Sequence record: OP991903.1
Reading direction: 5' to 3' (one strand)
Length of the DNA stretch: 64,000 bases
Shown piece by piece: positions 1 to 7,998 of this stretch. The position numbers and the translations under genes are program-made. Numbering within the stretch: position 1 is the stretch's first letter; every line of letters starts with the position of its first letter. The notes under the pieces are model-generated. The model did no database searches. It worked only from the letters and a program-made list of their open reading frames with translations, and was not told the DNA's origin.

Positions 1-11
1 AGGATTTTGAA

Positions 12-50
12 GTATATATTCTCTCGGTGAATAAGGGTACTAAACCCCTA
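12..50 (+). promoter_or_regulatory. phiKZ-type early promoter (TATATT core) with downstream conserved hairpin-like leader
   Basis: GTATATATTCTCTCGGTGAATAAGGGTACTAAACCCCT; 34/38 identical to 50781-50818; resembles the phiKZ early TATATTAC motif. Confidence 0.7.
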
Positions 51-83
51 GATATCAATGTTACAACTACGGAGAATAACCTC

Positions 84-446
84 ATGCAACAGTATCATTT
101 TTGCATTCACACCCAGGGTAAATTGGATGTCGTGGATAATGAATGCGATGTGGAAGTGCGCATTAACCACAAGTTGATAGAGGCCATGCAGCACGCCTTT
201 AAAGAATACATTGCTGTTGGCGTGTGTGATTTTGAATTCACACTCAGTAAAGTGGCGGGGGACTACTTCTTCGACCCCACTACTCATTCCCTCATTCACT
301 TCACGGATGAGCAACGCCGCATTATCGTCACGGAAAAGTTGAAAGAAGAATGTGTGGCGGCAATGGCGCTCGACACCGAGCGGACCTACACCATCGTTGG
401 GAAGGCATCCCCTGCCCTCACCGAAGTCATGATGCAGATTCACTAA
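84..446 (+). CDS. hypothetical early protein
   Basis: ORF 27..446; start moved to ATG 84 after AACTACGGAG RBS (65-74). Confidence 0.7.
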   Translation: MQQYHFCIHTQGKLDVVDNECDVEVRINHKLIEAMQHAFKEYIAVGVCDFEFTLSKVAGDYFFDPTTHSLIHFTDEQRRIIVTEKLKEECVAAMALDTERTYTIVGKASPALTEVMMQIH

Positions 447-454
447 GTACCCCC

Positions 455-470
455 TGTTAAAACTACGGAG
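455..470 (+). promoter_or_regulatory. conserved leader/RBS motif TGTTAAAACTACGGAG
   Basis: Exact copies at 455, 3224, 3752; variants at 65, 5632, 50831; always 8-9 nt before an ATG. Confidence 0.75.
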
Positions 471-479
471 ATTAAGAAC

Positions 480-860
480 ATGTTGAATTTATTAATGAGT
501 TTGATTCTGGTTGATGAAACGAAAGCGTTGGCAAAAGAGCAAGCGGACTTTGAAAAGACCCGTGCGTTGAAGGGCGTCAAGGAACTTACCTTGAACCCGA
601 AAGAAGCCGCGAAGTTACTGGAGATTCTGGAAGAAGAGTTATCCGGTAAGATGTACGACCGTATCTACGTGATGCAATCACAGTTCGGTCGCTTTAACTC
701 GTGGTTCTGGAAACGGGACACCGAGTGGATGTTCACATGGGGTGATGCACTGCGTCTGCGTGCTTACCTGGCCTATAAACTGAACAAAGGGATTGACAAA
801 GAGTTCAAGGTTCACACCGACACCCTGAGCAAGATGCCAGTCTACCGTAAAGTTAACTAA
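480..860 (+). CDS. hypothetical protein
   Basis: 126-aa ORF preceded by leader motif with GGAG. Confidence 0.75.
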   Translation: MLNLLMSLILVDETKALAKEQADFEKTRALKGVKELTLNPKEAAKLLEILEEELSGKMYDRIYVMQSQFGRFNSWFWKRDTEWMFTWGDALRLRAYLAYKLNKGIDKEFKVHTDTLSKMPVYRKVN

Positions 861-902
861 TCCCCATTCTACAATCCTAACTATTCTTTCAGGAGTTTTA
901 TC

Positions 903-1226
903 ATGCAAATCATTCGTAACTACATCAACCGCATCGAACTGTCCAACGACGATAACCAGGTGTTCTCGTTGAACATGCACCCAACCGACCGTCAGAACCT
1001 GCGCGTCGGTCAGAAGTACCTGATGGTCACCACCATGGACCAGGAACTGAAGTTCTTCCAGGTGGACGGTCCGCTTCCGAACGATGTTCGTGAATTGACC
1101 GAGTTCTACGAGGACACCTACGGGCGTCAGATGGGCTTCACCGGTACGGTCGAATACATCGCCGTGACCGAATCTGACCGTGACTCTCACCGCGTTGTTG
1201 ACGGCGAAACTCGCCTCGTACACTAA
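903..1226 (+). CDS. hypothetical protein
   Basis: 107-aa ORF, AGGAG RBS. Confidence 0.75.
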   Translation: MQIIRNYINRIELSNDDNQVFSLNMHPTDRQNLRVGQKYLMVTTMDQELKFFQVDGPLPNDVRELTEFYEDTYGRQMGFTGTVEYIAVTESDRDSHRVVDGETRLVH

Positions 1227-1268
1227 TCACTAAAAAGTTCTCTTCGTTTGGTCGGGACATTACCGACA

Positions 1269-1293
1269 GGGGGCGTGCCGCCCCCACCTTTTT
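1269..1293 (+). terminator. intrinsic terminator
   Basis: GGGGGCG-TGC-CGCCCCC followed by a T run. Confidence 0.6.
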
Positions 1294-1314
1294 ATTCCAT
1301 AGAGGAACCTGACA

Positions 1315-1482
1315 ATGGCAAGAAATGAAACTGTTCCAGTACCACGTACACTCCCTGGTACCGGGGATTACGACAAAGCAGCGCCAGGCGAGTTCGATGA
1401 CGTACCCCTGGACCGTACCCGTTTCGAAGAAGACTTCAGTCGTATCTTCGGCGGTGACGACGTTTATCGCTTAGGCGAATAA
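1315..1482 (+). CDS. small acidic hypothetical protein (55 aa, not in ORF track)
   Basis: MARNETVPVPRTLPGTGDYDKAAPGEFDDVPLDRTRFEEDFSRIFGGDDVYRLGE; GAGG RBS; fills the gap between genes. Confidence 0.65.
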   Translation: MARNETVPVPRTLPGTGDYDKAAPGEFDDVPLDRTRFEEDFSRIFGGDDVYRLGE

Positions 1483-1492
1483 GGAATTCAAC

Positions 1493-1693
1493 ATGAAGGA
1501 CTTAGACGCTTTAATCCGTTCCGAGCACAAACGCCAGCAGGTCGATTCAACCGTCAAGTCCTTCGTTCACTACATGGCGGAGGCGATGGCTCAATCGCCG
1601 GTGCGACGCGCAGAACTCACAGAGCACACACTGGCAACAGCTCGGCTGGAGGCTGAGTTAATGCGGCAGTTATTGGAGAGCCGAATAAAATGA
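1493..1693 (+). CDS. hypothetical protein
   Basis: 66-aa ORF, AAGGA RBS, ATGA overlap with next gene. Confidence 0.7.
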   Translation: MKDLDALIRSEHKRQQVDSTVKSFVHYMAEAMAQSPVRRAELTEHTLATARLEAELMRQLLESRIK

Positions 1694-2316
1694 GCATACT
1701 GGTTTATACACGCGGGGAATTGGCCGTTGACTCTCGCGTTGTTGTAGCCCATGGCGGGAAGATGCACACTGAAGACAGTGGGCGTAAGTACCGTTACCCT
1801 CACGGCCCCTTTACCTTTCATGGTCATAAGGTCTTACTCTGGGCTTACGTCGGGAGTAACATCATGGCCCGTGCCTGGGATTATCGTTATCAACTGATGG
1901 CTGCAAAAGAGGAGACAGGATTCCTCAGCTACGCCGACACCTCTCGCTTTCTGATTCTGGAAGAAGGGATGAAGGGCGAACAGTTGATTATCACCGATGG
2001 TCCGATTTACGTCGCATCATTAGACGGGACGCTTATCGAGTACCCGCCGGAAAGCACCATCATTTTGGGTGATGCAAAAGAACGTGTTACCCACATTAGC
2101 CAATGCGTATTGGCAGCGTGGTTATACGTGGCCACGGCAATACGTCACGACGAACGTTGTGGTGGCGTGATTCACCGCTTTACCTTCAAAGAAGGGAGCG
2201 TACAAGAACAGAAACCTATCGGACGGATATTTCCGTTCACCGCACTGTACTACCAAGCGCTGGCCTGCGGCTCGCACTTTAAAGCCCACGTCCGCAAAAA
2301 ACTGACACTTAAATAA
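1690..2316 (+). CDS. Ntn-hydrolase (HslV/proteasome beta-like) family protein
   Basis: N-terminus MSILVYTRGELAVDSR in register with phage HslV-like MTTIAYxxGxLAADS; C-terminal D-x-x-C-G-G; paralog of 40049..40591. Confidence 0.55.
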   Translation: MSILVYTRGELAVDSRVVVAHGGKMHTEDSGRKYRYPHGPFTFHGHKVLLWAYVGSNIMARAWDYRYQLMAAKEETGFLSYADTSRFLILEEGMKGEQLIITDGPIYVASLDGTLIEYPPESTIILGDAKERVTHISQCVLAAWLYVATAIRHDERCGGVIHRFTFKEGSVQEQKPIGRIFPFTALYYQALACGSHFKAHVRKKLTLK

Positions 2317-2327
2317 GGGGTTGTCTC

Positions 2328-3194
2328 ATGAAAGTATCTGAATTTAAAATTAACACACTGATTATTGGTTCCCTCGTACTGGCAGAAAGCGCTAGCTACC
2401 TGCGTGATACCACCGACATCGGTAAAGCCGCATCCGGTCGTAAAGCTCAGGGTGACATGGAGCAGCGCGCTGAGGTACTGCGCAACCTGGTCCGCTTACA
2501 CCGTGACGAACCAGACTACGAACTCTCCCAGGAAGAGGAGGAGGTCATCCAGCAAGTCCGCACCTACTTCGCCGATACCATGGGGGAAATCGAAGCCGAC
2601 AAGGCGATACCAGAAGGGGAAGAGTTGTTGGTGTTACCGACCACTTACCCGGACGTGAACTTCAAAGGTTCATTCGCCGAGTTCATGACTGCCACTATCT
2701 ACTACGCCATCGCCACCCGTACCCGTAGCCAGGAAGATATCGGCACTTATCTCGATTACATCGAAAACCGTACCTGCGCACCAATGATTAAACCGATACT
2801 GAAGGCCATTGACCGTTGTGTAGATAAACACTTTATCAACGAAATGGACCTGAAGGCGACCATGGATTTTGGCCATTACCTGAATATTCATTCCTGGAAA
2901 GAAATGGGTAATGCTATCGAAAATCTGGTTAACCGTGTGAACGCCAAAGAGAGTGCACCGACTATCAGCGAACTGACGCTGTCTCTGGATGACTTCGACC
3001 GCATTGGTTCTGCGGTGGATGCGATGTACGGTACCAGTCGTGTAGCCGTCACCTTGGGTGGTCGTGAGCGTTCTGATATTCCTGGCGAACGCCCAGTGCC
3101 GCATTACACGCGTGCCAACAAGTCACGTAACCCGAATGTAGTGCTGGTGCTGAAAGGCGGTAAAATCGACGGTGTGTCTTTCACCGGTTTCTAA
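2328..3194 (+). CDS. hypothetical protein
   Basis: 288-aa ORF with RBS; no family recognised. Confidence 0.8.
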   Translation: MKVSEFKINTLIIGSLVLAESASYLRDTTDIGKAASGRKAQGDMEQRAEVLRNLVRLHRDEPDYELSQEEEEVIQQVRTYFADTMGEIEADKAIPEGEELLVLPTTYPDVNFKGSFAEFMTATIYYAIATRTRSQEDIGTYLDYIENRTCAPMIKPILKAIDRCVDKHFINEMDLKATMDFGHYLNIHSWKEMGNAIENLVNRVNAKESAPTISELTLSLDDFDRIGSAVDAMYGTSRVAVTLGGRERSDIPGERPVPHYTRANKSRNPNVVLVLKGGKIDGVSFTGF

Positions 3195-3198
3195 CCTT

Positions 3199-3224
3199 AA
3201 AAAAAAAGGGACTTCGGTCCCCTT
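3199..3224. terminator. UUCG hairpin preceded by A9 (T tract on minus strand)
   Basis: A9-GGGAC-TTCG-GTCCC. Confidence 0.5.
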
Positions 3225-3247
3225 GTTAAAACTACGGAGTGCTCGAT

Positions 3248-3745
3248 ATGTCAAGACAAACAGATTTTTTAAGAACACTTAACCTGAACAGCGGTCGCCC
3301 TAATCGCGCAATGGAATCACTCGAGATGACCATCAACCGCGGGCGCTACGGAGAACTTACCGTAAAAGAATTGACGAACTACCGCACGGATTTAGTCCGC
3401 CTTATCGAAGGTCAACGCCTTAAGACTGACCAGGGGCGCGCTTTCTACGATTACGTATTGGGTGCAGGGCGCAAGGTCGAAACCTTGCAAGAGATGGTTA
3501 GAATTGGGAAGGAGATGGTGGTTACCCTGTCGCTCACCGGTGGAACCAGAAACTTACCCATCACACCGTTAGAGTTGGTGACCAACCTCCAGTTCGCGCA
3601 CTGGGTCGTCACCAATGACATTAAGTCCCTGCGTGATTACTTTGCCACTGCCGCGGTATGCGAACAAGATAAACAATACCGGGAATGTCTACTCGCGCTC
3701 GAAGAAGACAAACTCATTAACCCACAACGCTACAGCCTTGTGTAA
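3248..3745 (+). CDS. hypothetical protein
   Basis: Start moved to ATG 3248 after leader motif 3224-3239. Confidence 0.75.
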   Translation: MSRQTDFLRTLNLNSGRPNRAMESLEMTINRGRYGELTVKELTNYRTDLVRLIEGQRLKTDQGRAFYDYVLGAGRKVETLQEMVRIGKEMVVTLSLTGGTRNLPITPLELVTNLQFAHWVVTNDIKSLRDYFATAAVCEQDKQYRECLLALEEDKLINPQRYSLV

Positions 3746-3776
3746 CTAACCTGTTAAAACTACGGAGTATTTTAAG

Positions 3777-4322
3777 ATGAACACCAACACTGACACGAAA
3801 GACATTCGCATCAACACCCTGATGACTGGCCGCATTGGCGCAGTACTGGAAGGGTTCTACTGTGGCTTCACTCCCGCTTCGGTCGCCCACTATATTCTCT
3901 ACATGGAGTTACGCCGTGGCCGTGACAGCCGGACCAAGGTGATGGAACTCCCGTATTTCCAAACGTGGTCGGCGTTGCGTAAACGGAAGATGGACGAGGA
4001 GGAAATTAACCTCATGGTCTACCCGAGTCTGGGCGAGCTGGAAACTCAGACACTCAGCGAAATCAATGGTGCGGTAATAGTGAACCGCATGGATGCAGCG
4101 AAAACAGAAACCCTGGCGGGAATGCGAGCATTGGTGGAGTGCGTGGAAACCAAACGCCTCGACGGCTGGGAATTCAACCTGTTCTTTGAAGCCGTTGTCC
4201 TTGAAGCCGAAAGACTCATGGACCACATCGGTATTACGGTCGCCCGCGGTAAAATGGGCGTACACGGTAAGTTCTACGTCTTAACTCACCCAAGCTTTGC
4301 AGTAGAAGGAGAAGCAAAATGA
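3777..4322 (+). CDS. hypothetical protein
   Basis: 181-aa ORF after leader motif 3752-3767. Confidence 0.75.
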   Translation: MNTNTDTKDIRINTLMTGRIGAVLEGFYCGFTPASVAHYILYMELRRGRDSRTKVMELPYFQTWSALRKRKMDEEEINLMVYPSLGELETQTLSEINGAVIVNRMDAAKTETLAGMRALVECVETKRLDGWEFNLFFEAVVLEAERLMDHIGITVARGKMGVHGKFYVLTHPSFAVEGEAK

Positions 4323-4792
4323 TTCGTGTATGGTTATTGGCAATCTGTGCGGTGTTCCTGGCACACCAAGTAAAAGCCCATGCGGAAGACATCCCTGTTA
4401 ACGTCCCACTCATTTTCCATTGTGAACTTGATGCGCAACACAGCGTCTCCATTATTGACGACGCTGACGGCCCACTGTACGCCTTCCATAAAGGTGACAC
4501 CACTGAACTTGCAATTTACGGGAACCGCACTAATGTGCGCTACGCGTACACGGCATTCTCCGGTGGCGGTGGGATGTATTACCGCTTCATCAAAGGTAAC
4601 ATCAGTTACGTAGTCTATTCCGCTACGCTCCCTGACGGCAGCTGGCGTGAAGGCGTGAAAGTGTACAAAGACGCCAAAGAAATCAGTGACAAGAAATGCA
4701 AGACCGAGGCAATCAGTAATGTCCCGGACTACGACCCGGTGTCAGAATTGCCGGAAGACGACCGTAACGACCAAATGACCTACGGCTTTTAA
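4319..4792 (+). CDS. putative secreted/periplasmic protein
   Basis: Sec-type signal peptide (MIRVWLLAICAVFLAHQVKAHA), two Cys in mature part, FSGGG..RF..G...YVVY beta-rich core. Confidence 0.65.
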   Translation: MIRVWLLAICAVFLAHQVKAHAEDIPVNVPLIFHCELDAQHSVSIIDDADGPLYAFHKGDTTELAIYGNRTNVRYAYTAFSGGGGMYYRFIKGNISYVVYSATLPDGSWREGVKVYKDAKEISDKKCKTEAISNVPDYDPVSELPEDDRNDQMTYGF

Positions 4793-4808
4793 TCCAGGAG
4801 ATAAAACT

Positions 4809-5081
4809 ATGGCGTATGAACACATCGGTGGCGACACCTTTAAAGTCACTGACCCGGAAGCTGTTTTACTGGCTTACCAGGAATGGCTGGCGAACGAAAT
4901 GGAAGGTAACGGTGCAGCCGACCATCCGGTTGAAGTCCCGCCTATTGACGGTTACCCAATGAACGTGACCTTCACCCGCGTCACCCGCAGCGGGGAAATC
5001 TTTGATGAATGGAAACGTGACTTGAGCGATGAGGAAATCCATCAGCTTTGGGTACAATCCGGTAACCAACAACGAGGTTAG
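4809..5081 (+). CDS. hypothetical protein, tandem paralog 1 of 3
   Basis: Shares YEH..G.(F/Y)..D...A...W(L/M)N and (Y/T)P motifs with next two ORFs. Confidence 0.75.
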   Translation: MAYEHIGGDTFKVTDPEAVLLAYQEWLANEMEGNGAADHPVEVPPIDGYPMNVTFTRVTRSGEIFDEWKRDLSDEEIHQLWVQSGNQQRG

Positions 5082-5082
5082 T

Positions 5083-5322
5083 ATGGCCGAAGAAATTGCA
5101 ACAGGTGTAGTAGAGATTGGGAACGGTCGTTTCCTGGTTAACGACGAGACTGCATACGACACCGCGTGCGTTATCTGGATGAACCGGGTCTACGGCGAGG
5201 GGGATGAAGGTCCTGATAGGGTGGTCGAAACTCGCCCTACTCGCTACCCGTGTGAAGTGCTGTGCCAACACGAAAACGAAGAAGACGGTACCGTTGCCAT
5301 CTTCACTGCCATTAACGTTTAA
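5083..5322 (+). CDS. hypothetical protein, tandem paralog 2 of 3
   Basis: Start at ATG 5083 with GAGG RBS. Confidence 0.7.
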   Translation: MAEEIATGVVEIGNGRFLVNDETAYDTACVIWMNRVYGEGDEGPDRVVETRPTRYPCEVLCQHENEEDGTVAIFTAINV

Positions 5323-5327
5323 CAAGT

Positions 5328-5355
5328 AAGGGGACACAGCGTCCCCTTCTTTTTT
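5328..5355 (+). terminator. intrinsic terminator
   Basis: AAGGGGAC-ACAGC-GTCCCCTT plus T run. Confidence 0.65.
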
Positions 5356-5368
5356 GTAAGGAATCACC

Positions 5369-5623
5369 ATGTCCACCAATAAAGGCTACGAGCACGTACA
5401 AGGGAACTTCTACATTATCCTCGACCCATTCGGTTTTGAAGAAGCGTACGCGCACTGGTTGAACGAAAACCATAAAGGGGTACTACCAGCGGTCAAACCC
5501 CTTCTGATGGAACCGTACGACACACCGTGCCACCTTGAAATCAAACGTGAGAAGATTGATGACGTGGTCACTGACACCATCGACTTCCCTGAAGACATCC
5601 CGGGTTCTGCCCTGTTCGTCTAA
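5369..5623 (+). CDS. hypothetical protein, tandem paralog 3 of 3
   Basis: 84-aa ORF, AAGGA RBS. Confidence 0.75.
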   Translation: MSTNKGYEHVQGNFYIILDPFGFEEAYAHWLNENHKGVLPAVKPLLMEPYDTPCHLEIKREKIDDVVTDTIDFPEDIPGSALFV

Positions 5624-5655
5624 CTTTAATTTGCTAAAACTACGGAGAATTGAAA

Positions 5656-6126
5656 ATGGCCTTAGACTTTGAAGTAAACCTGAATGTAACCAGCGACCGC
5701 CAGAAGTACGAACAGACTCTTATCATGGCGCTTGATGTTTACATGTCGCACATTGGTACCACACCGTACGCCAACGCAATGAAGACCCAGCAGAAAATGG
5801 CGGATGACCTGAACGAGATTCTTGGGCAGTCTCGTGAAGATGCGGTGCGGAGCTCTATGCGAAACTTGGGTAAAGTCATGCAGGAGCTGGCAATGTACAT
5901 GGGGATTGTAGGGGCGATGCGCTTCCTGTTGGCCGATGTCATTATCAAGCATGAACACCAGGCTATCGAGACGTGGTTACGCCTGGACTCCGAAGAACTA
6001 CGGGGCGTTGGATATGAATTGTCCTACCGGGTAGAAGAGAAATTGATTCACTATAAGCTTGCGTTCGCCCAGAGCAAACTTGAGATTGATACAGGAGCGG
6101 TTCCTAATCCGCTCTTTGGCCGATAA
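5656..6126 (+). CDS. hypothetical protein
   Basis: Start at ATG 5656 after TGCTAAAACTACGGAG (5632-5647). Confidence 0.75.
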   Translation: MALDFEVNLNVTSDRQKYEQTLIMALDVYMSHIGTTPYANAMKTQQKMADDLNEILGQSREDAVRSSMRNLGKVMQELAMYMGIVGAMRFLLADVIIKHEHQAIETWLRLDSEELRGVGYELSYRVEEKLIHYKLAFAQSKLEIDTGAVPNPLFGR

Positions 6127-6171
6127 CTTGCGGGGCCTGAGTGCCCCCACTTTTTCGTGCGGAGTGACACA

Positions 6172-6609
6172 ATGGGTCTGTTAAAGCAATGGGTTGTTAA
6201 GATTTTGAAGAAGAGGAAGAAAGCGCCCCCGAAAGGACCGGTCCGATTCCTGGCAACGGTGGTTGTTTTCGATAAGATGCGTTTCCCACCACTGTTAGTT
6301 CCGGTGAGTGGGGCTGCACATGCGTACTTCACGGCTGTGTCGTTGGTGGTCAGTGAGGTGTCGAAACAAGTGGGTGCGCAGTACGTTCCGGCGTCAGGGG
6401 AAGTGATGGGGTTTTACGCCGGTCAGACGGTGTCAGAACTCCTTCACCAGCGTCCGATGGCAGAAGGAACCGTACAGCACAACAGTAAGATGGTGATGGT
6501 TTCACATCGCCCTATCATGGTCCACGTGGAGAGTATCCTGGCTTGGTCAGACTCGACCGAGTACCAAGAATTCATGCGTAAACGACCTAACCATCCCGTG
6601 AGGAAATAA
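6172..6609 (+). CDS. hypothetical protein
   Basis: ATG 6172 with GGAG RBS. Confidence 0.65.
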   Translation: MGLLKQWVVKILKKRKKAPPKGPVRFLATVVVFDKMRFPPLLVPVSGAAHAYFTAVSLVVSEVSKQVGAQYVPASGEVMGFYAGQTVSELLHQRPMAEGTVQHNSKMVMVSHRPIMVHVESILAWSDSTEYQEFMRKRPNHPVRK

Positions 6610-6998
6610 TGGAAAGTCGATACACGATAAACAAGTACACGTTCAGCGATGGCTCGACGGTAGAACTTGAAGACCGCATCACCCCGTTGAACGAAATAGA
6701 AACGGACACGTCCTATCTCTCCTGTATGGTGGATGTGCGCCGTAACGACGATGGGTCATTCAGTGGCAACACCTGTTTCGTTCGTGTCGAGTTCTCTAAC
6801 CCGAAAGCCTGGGGATTGTACCGTGAATTGATGAACGACATGATGAGTGATGTCATGAGCGCGGAGACGTTGTGTGCGTTTGTGGAAGTGGTGCACGTCA
6901 TTCCAGAAAAGTCGTTTACCATCAAACACGTGACCGGTGAACTGGCACTTATCCCGATGATTTCCTGTGCCCAATCAGGAAATCTGACGGTCCATTAA
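6609..6998 (+). CDS. hypothetical protein
   Basis: 129-aa ORF coupled to previous (TAATG). Confidence 0.7.
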   Translation: MESRYTINKYTFSDGSTVELEDRITPLNEIETDTSYLSCMVDVRRNDDGSFSGNTCFVRVEFSNPKAWGLYRELMNDMMSDVMSAETLCAFVEVVHVIPEKSFTIKHVTGELALIPMISCAQSGNLTVH

Positions 6999-7000
6999 AC

Positions 7001-7028
7001 AGAGGGGCTTCGGCCCTTCTTTTTTTTT
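7001..7028 (+). terminator. intrinsic terminator
   Basis: AGAGGGGC-TTCG-GCCCTTCT plus T run. Confidence 0.8.
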
Positions 7029-7133
7029 GTTTTTTTATTACGTCATGGTGTCCTTACTATGACCGGGAGTTCTGGCGTGGGCCATTAAAGAACCGAAGGC
7101 AACTCGTATACTCGTATCTAAGGAAATAACACC

Positions 7134-7901
7134 ATGCGTAATATCGTAGACCTCGACAAAGTGTTCAACCAGCATTCTGTGGAATACACTGAACGCGAAT
7201 GGCAACTGATGAACCAGTCGTTTTTCCTCCACCTCTCCGATGTCCAATCCGGCGGAACGCTGCGGAGCATTGTCAGCAAAGAGGCGAAGGATAATGAGCG
7301 CTTAGACAACTACCTGTCTCGCAACAAGTGCGCTAATCATTCCCAGGAAATGTTTGATAAACACTTTAAAACGGCGGTCAAGGAAACGCATCGACTCTGG
7401 CTGCGTAAACGTGACATCACCTTGTTCGCCACCGGTGCGACGGAAATCGAAAAAGAACTCACGGAAATCTTGCGTGGGATTCACCACCACTTCCATACGC
7501 CCCCTACACAGTTCCTGAGCGTCTACAGCGAACCGTACCAGTTAAAAGAGCGTCTGCGGTCACACATCGACCTGAGCTTCTACAACAGTGAAGAAGTTAT
7601 GGACGTGCTAAGTAAGGTCGTTGAAGTGTTCAACACATCGGCGTACCCAACCCACACACTGAACTTTAACATCTTCGTAGTAGGGTGTACCAAACCGGCG
7701 TTGCGCGCCATGTTCGTGGTACTGGAAGACTTGCTGACGGTTGTGGCCAGGGAATTGAAAATGGTCCCGGGTTCCATTATCTGTCACGTCCAGAAGATTA
7801 CCAGTTCGAAGCTAGATGTGATTGAGGCGAGCGAAGCCCATCACGCTATCGAGCGCCATCTGGACTCAGCGCACCAGTTCAGTTGTCCGTCGACGGTGTA
7901 A
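7134..7901 (+). CDS. putative degenerate thymidylate-synthase-fold protein
   Basis: Colinear weak matches to the ThyA in this window (HFKTAVKE/HLRSIIHE; YPTH/LAPCH; LKMVPG/LNMIPG); catalytic Cys position is Thr. Confidence 0.45.
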   Translation: MRNIVDLDKVFNQHSVEYTEREWQLMNQSFFLHLSDVQSGGTLRSIVSKEAKDNERLDNYLSRNKCANHSQEMFDKHFKTAVKETHRLWLRKRDITLFATGATEIEKELTEILRGIHHHFHTPPTQFLSVYSEPYQLKERLRSHIDLSFYNSEEVMDVLSKVVEVFNTSAYPTHTLNFNIFVVGCTKPALRAMFVVLEDLLTVVARELKMVPGSIICHVQKITSSKLDVIEASEAHHAIERHLDSAHQFSCPSTV

Positions 7902-7911
7902 TTCGTTATTC

Positions 7912-7935
7912 AGAGAGGACCTCGGTCCTCTCTTT
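7912..7935 (+). terminator. intrinsic terminator
   Basis: AGAGAGGAC-CTCG-GTCCTCTCT-TT. Confidence 0.65.
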
Positions 7936-7998
7936 ATGTCGCTATGTAAGTACCGCAGAGTACCCGCTGTACCTGAAGTTCAATGTTGGGAGTTAGAA

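Noticed and set aside
65-5647. Repeated 16-mer as a CRISPR-like array
   Set aside because: Copies are irregularly spaced and separated by whole genes, each acting as an RBS leader.
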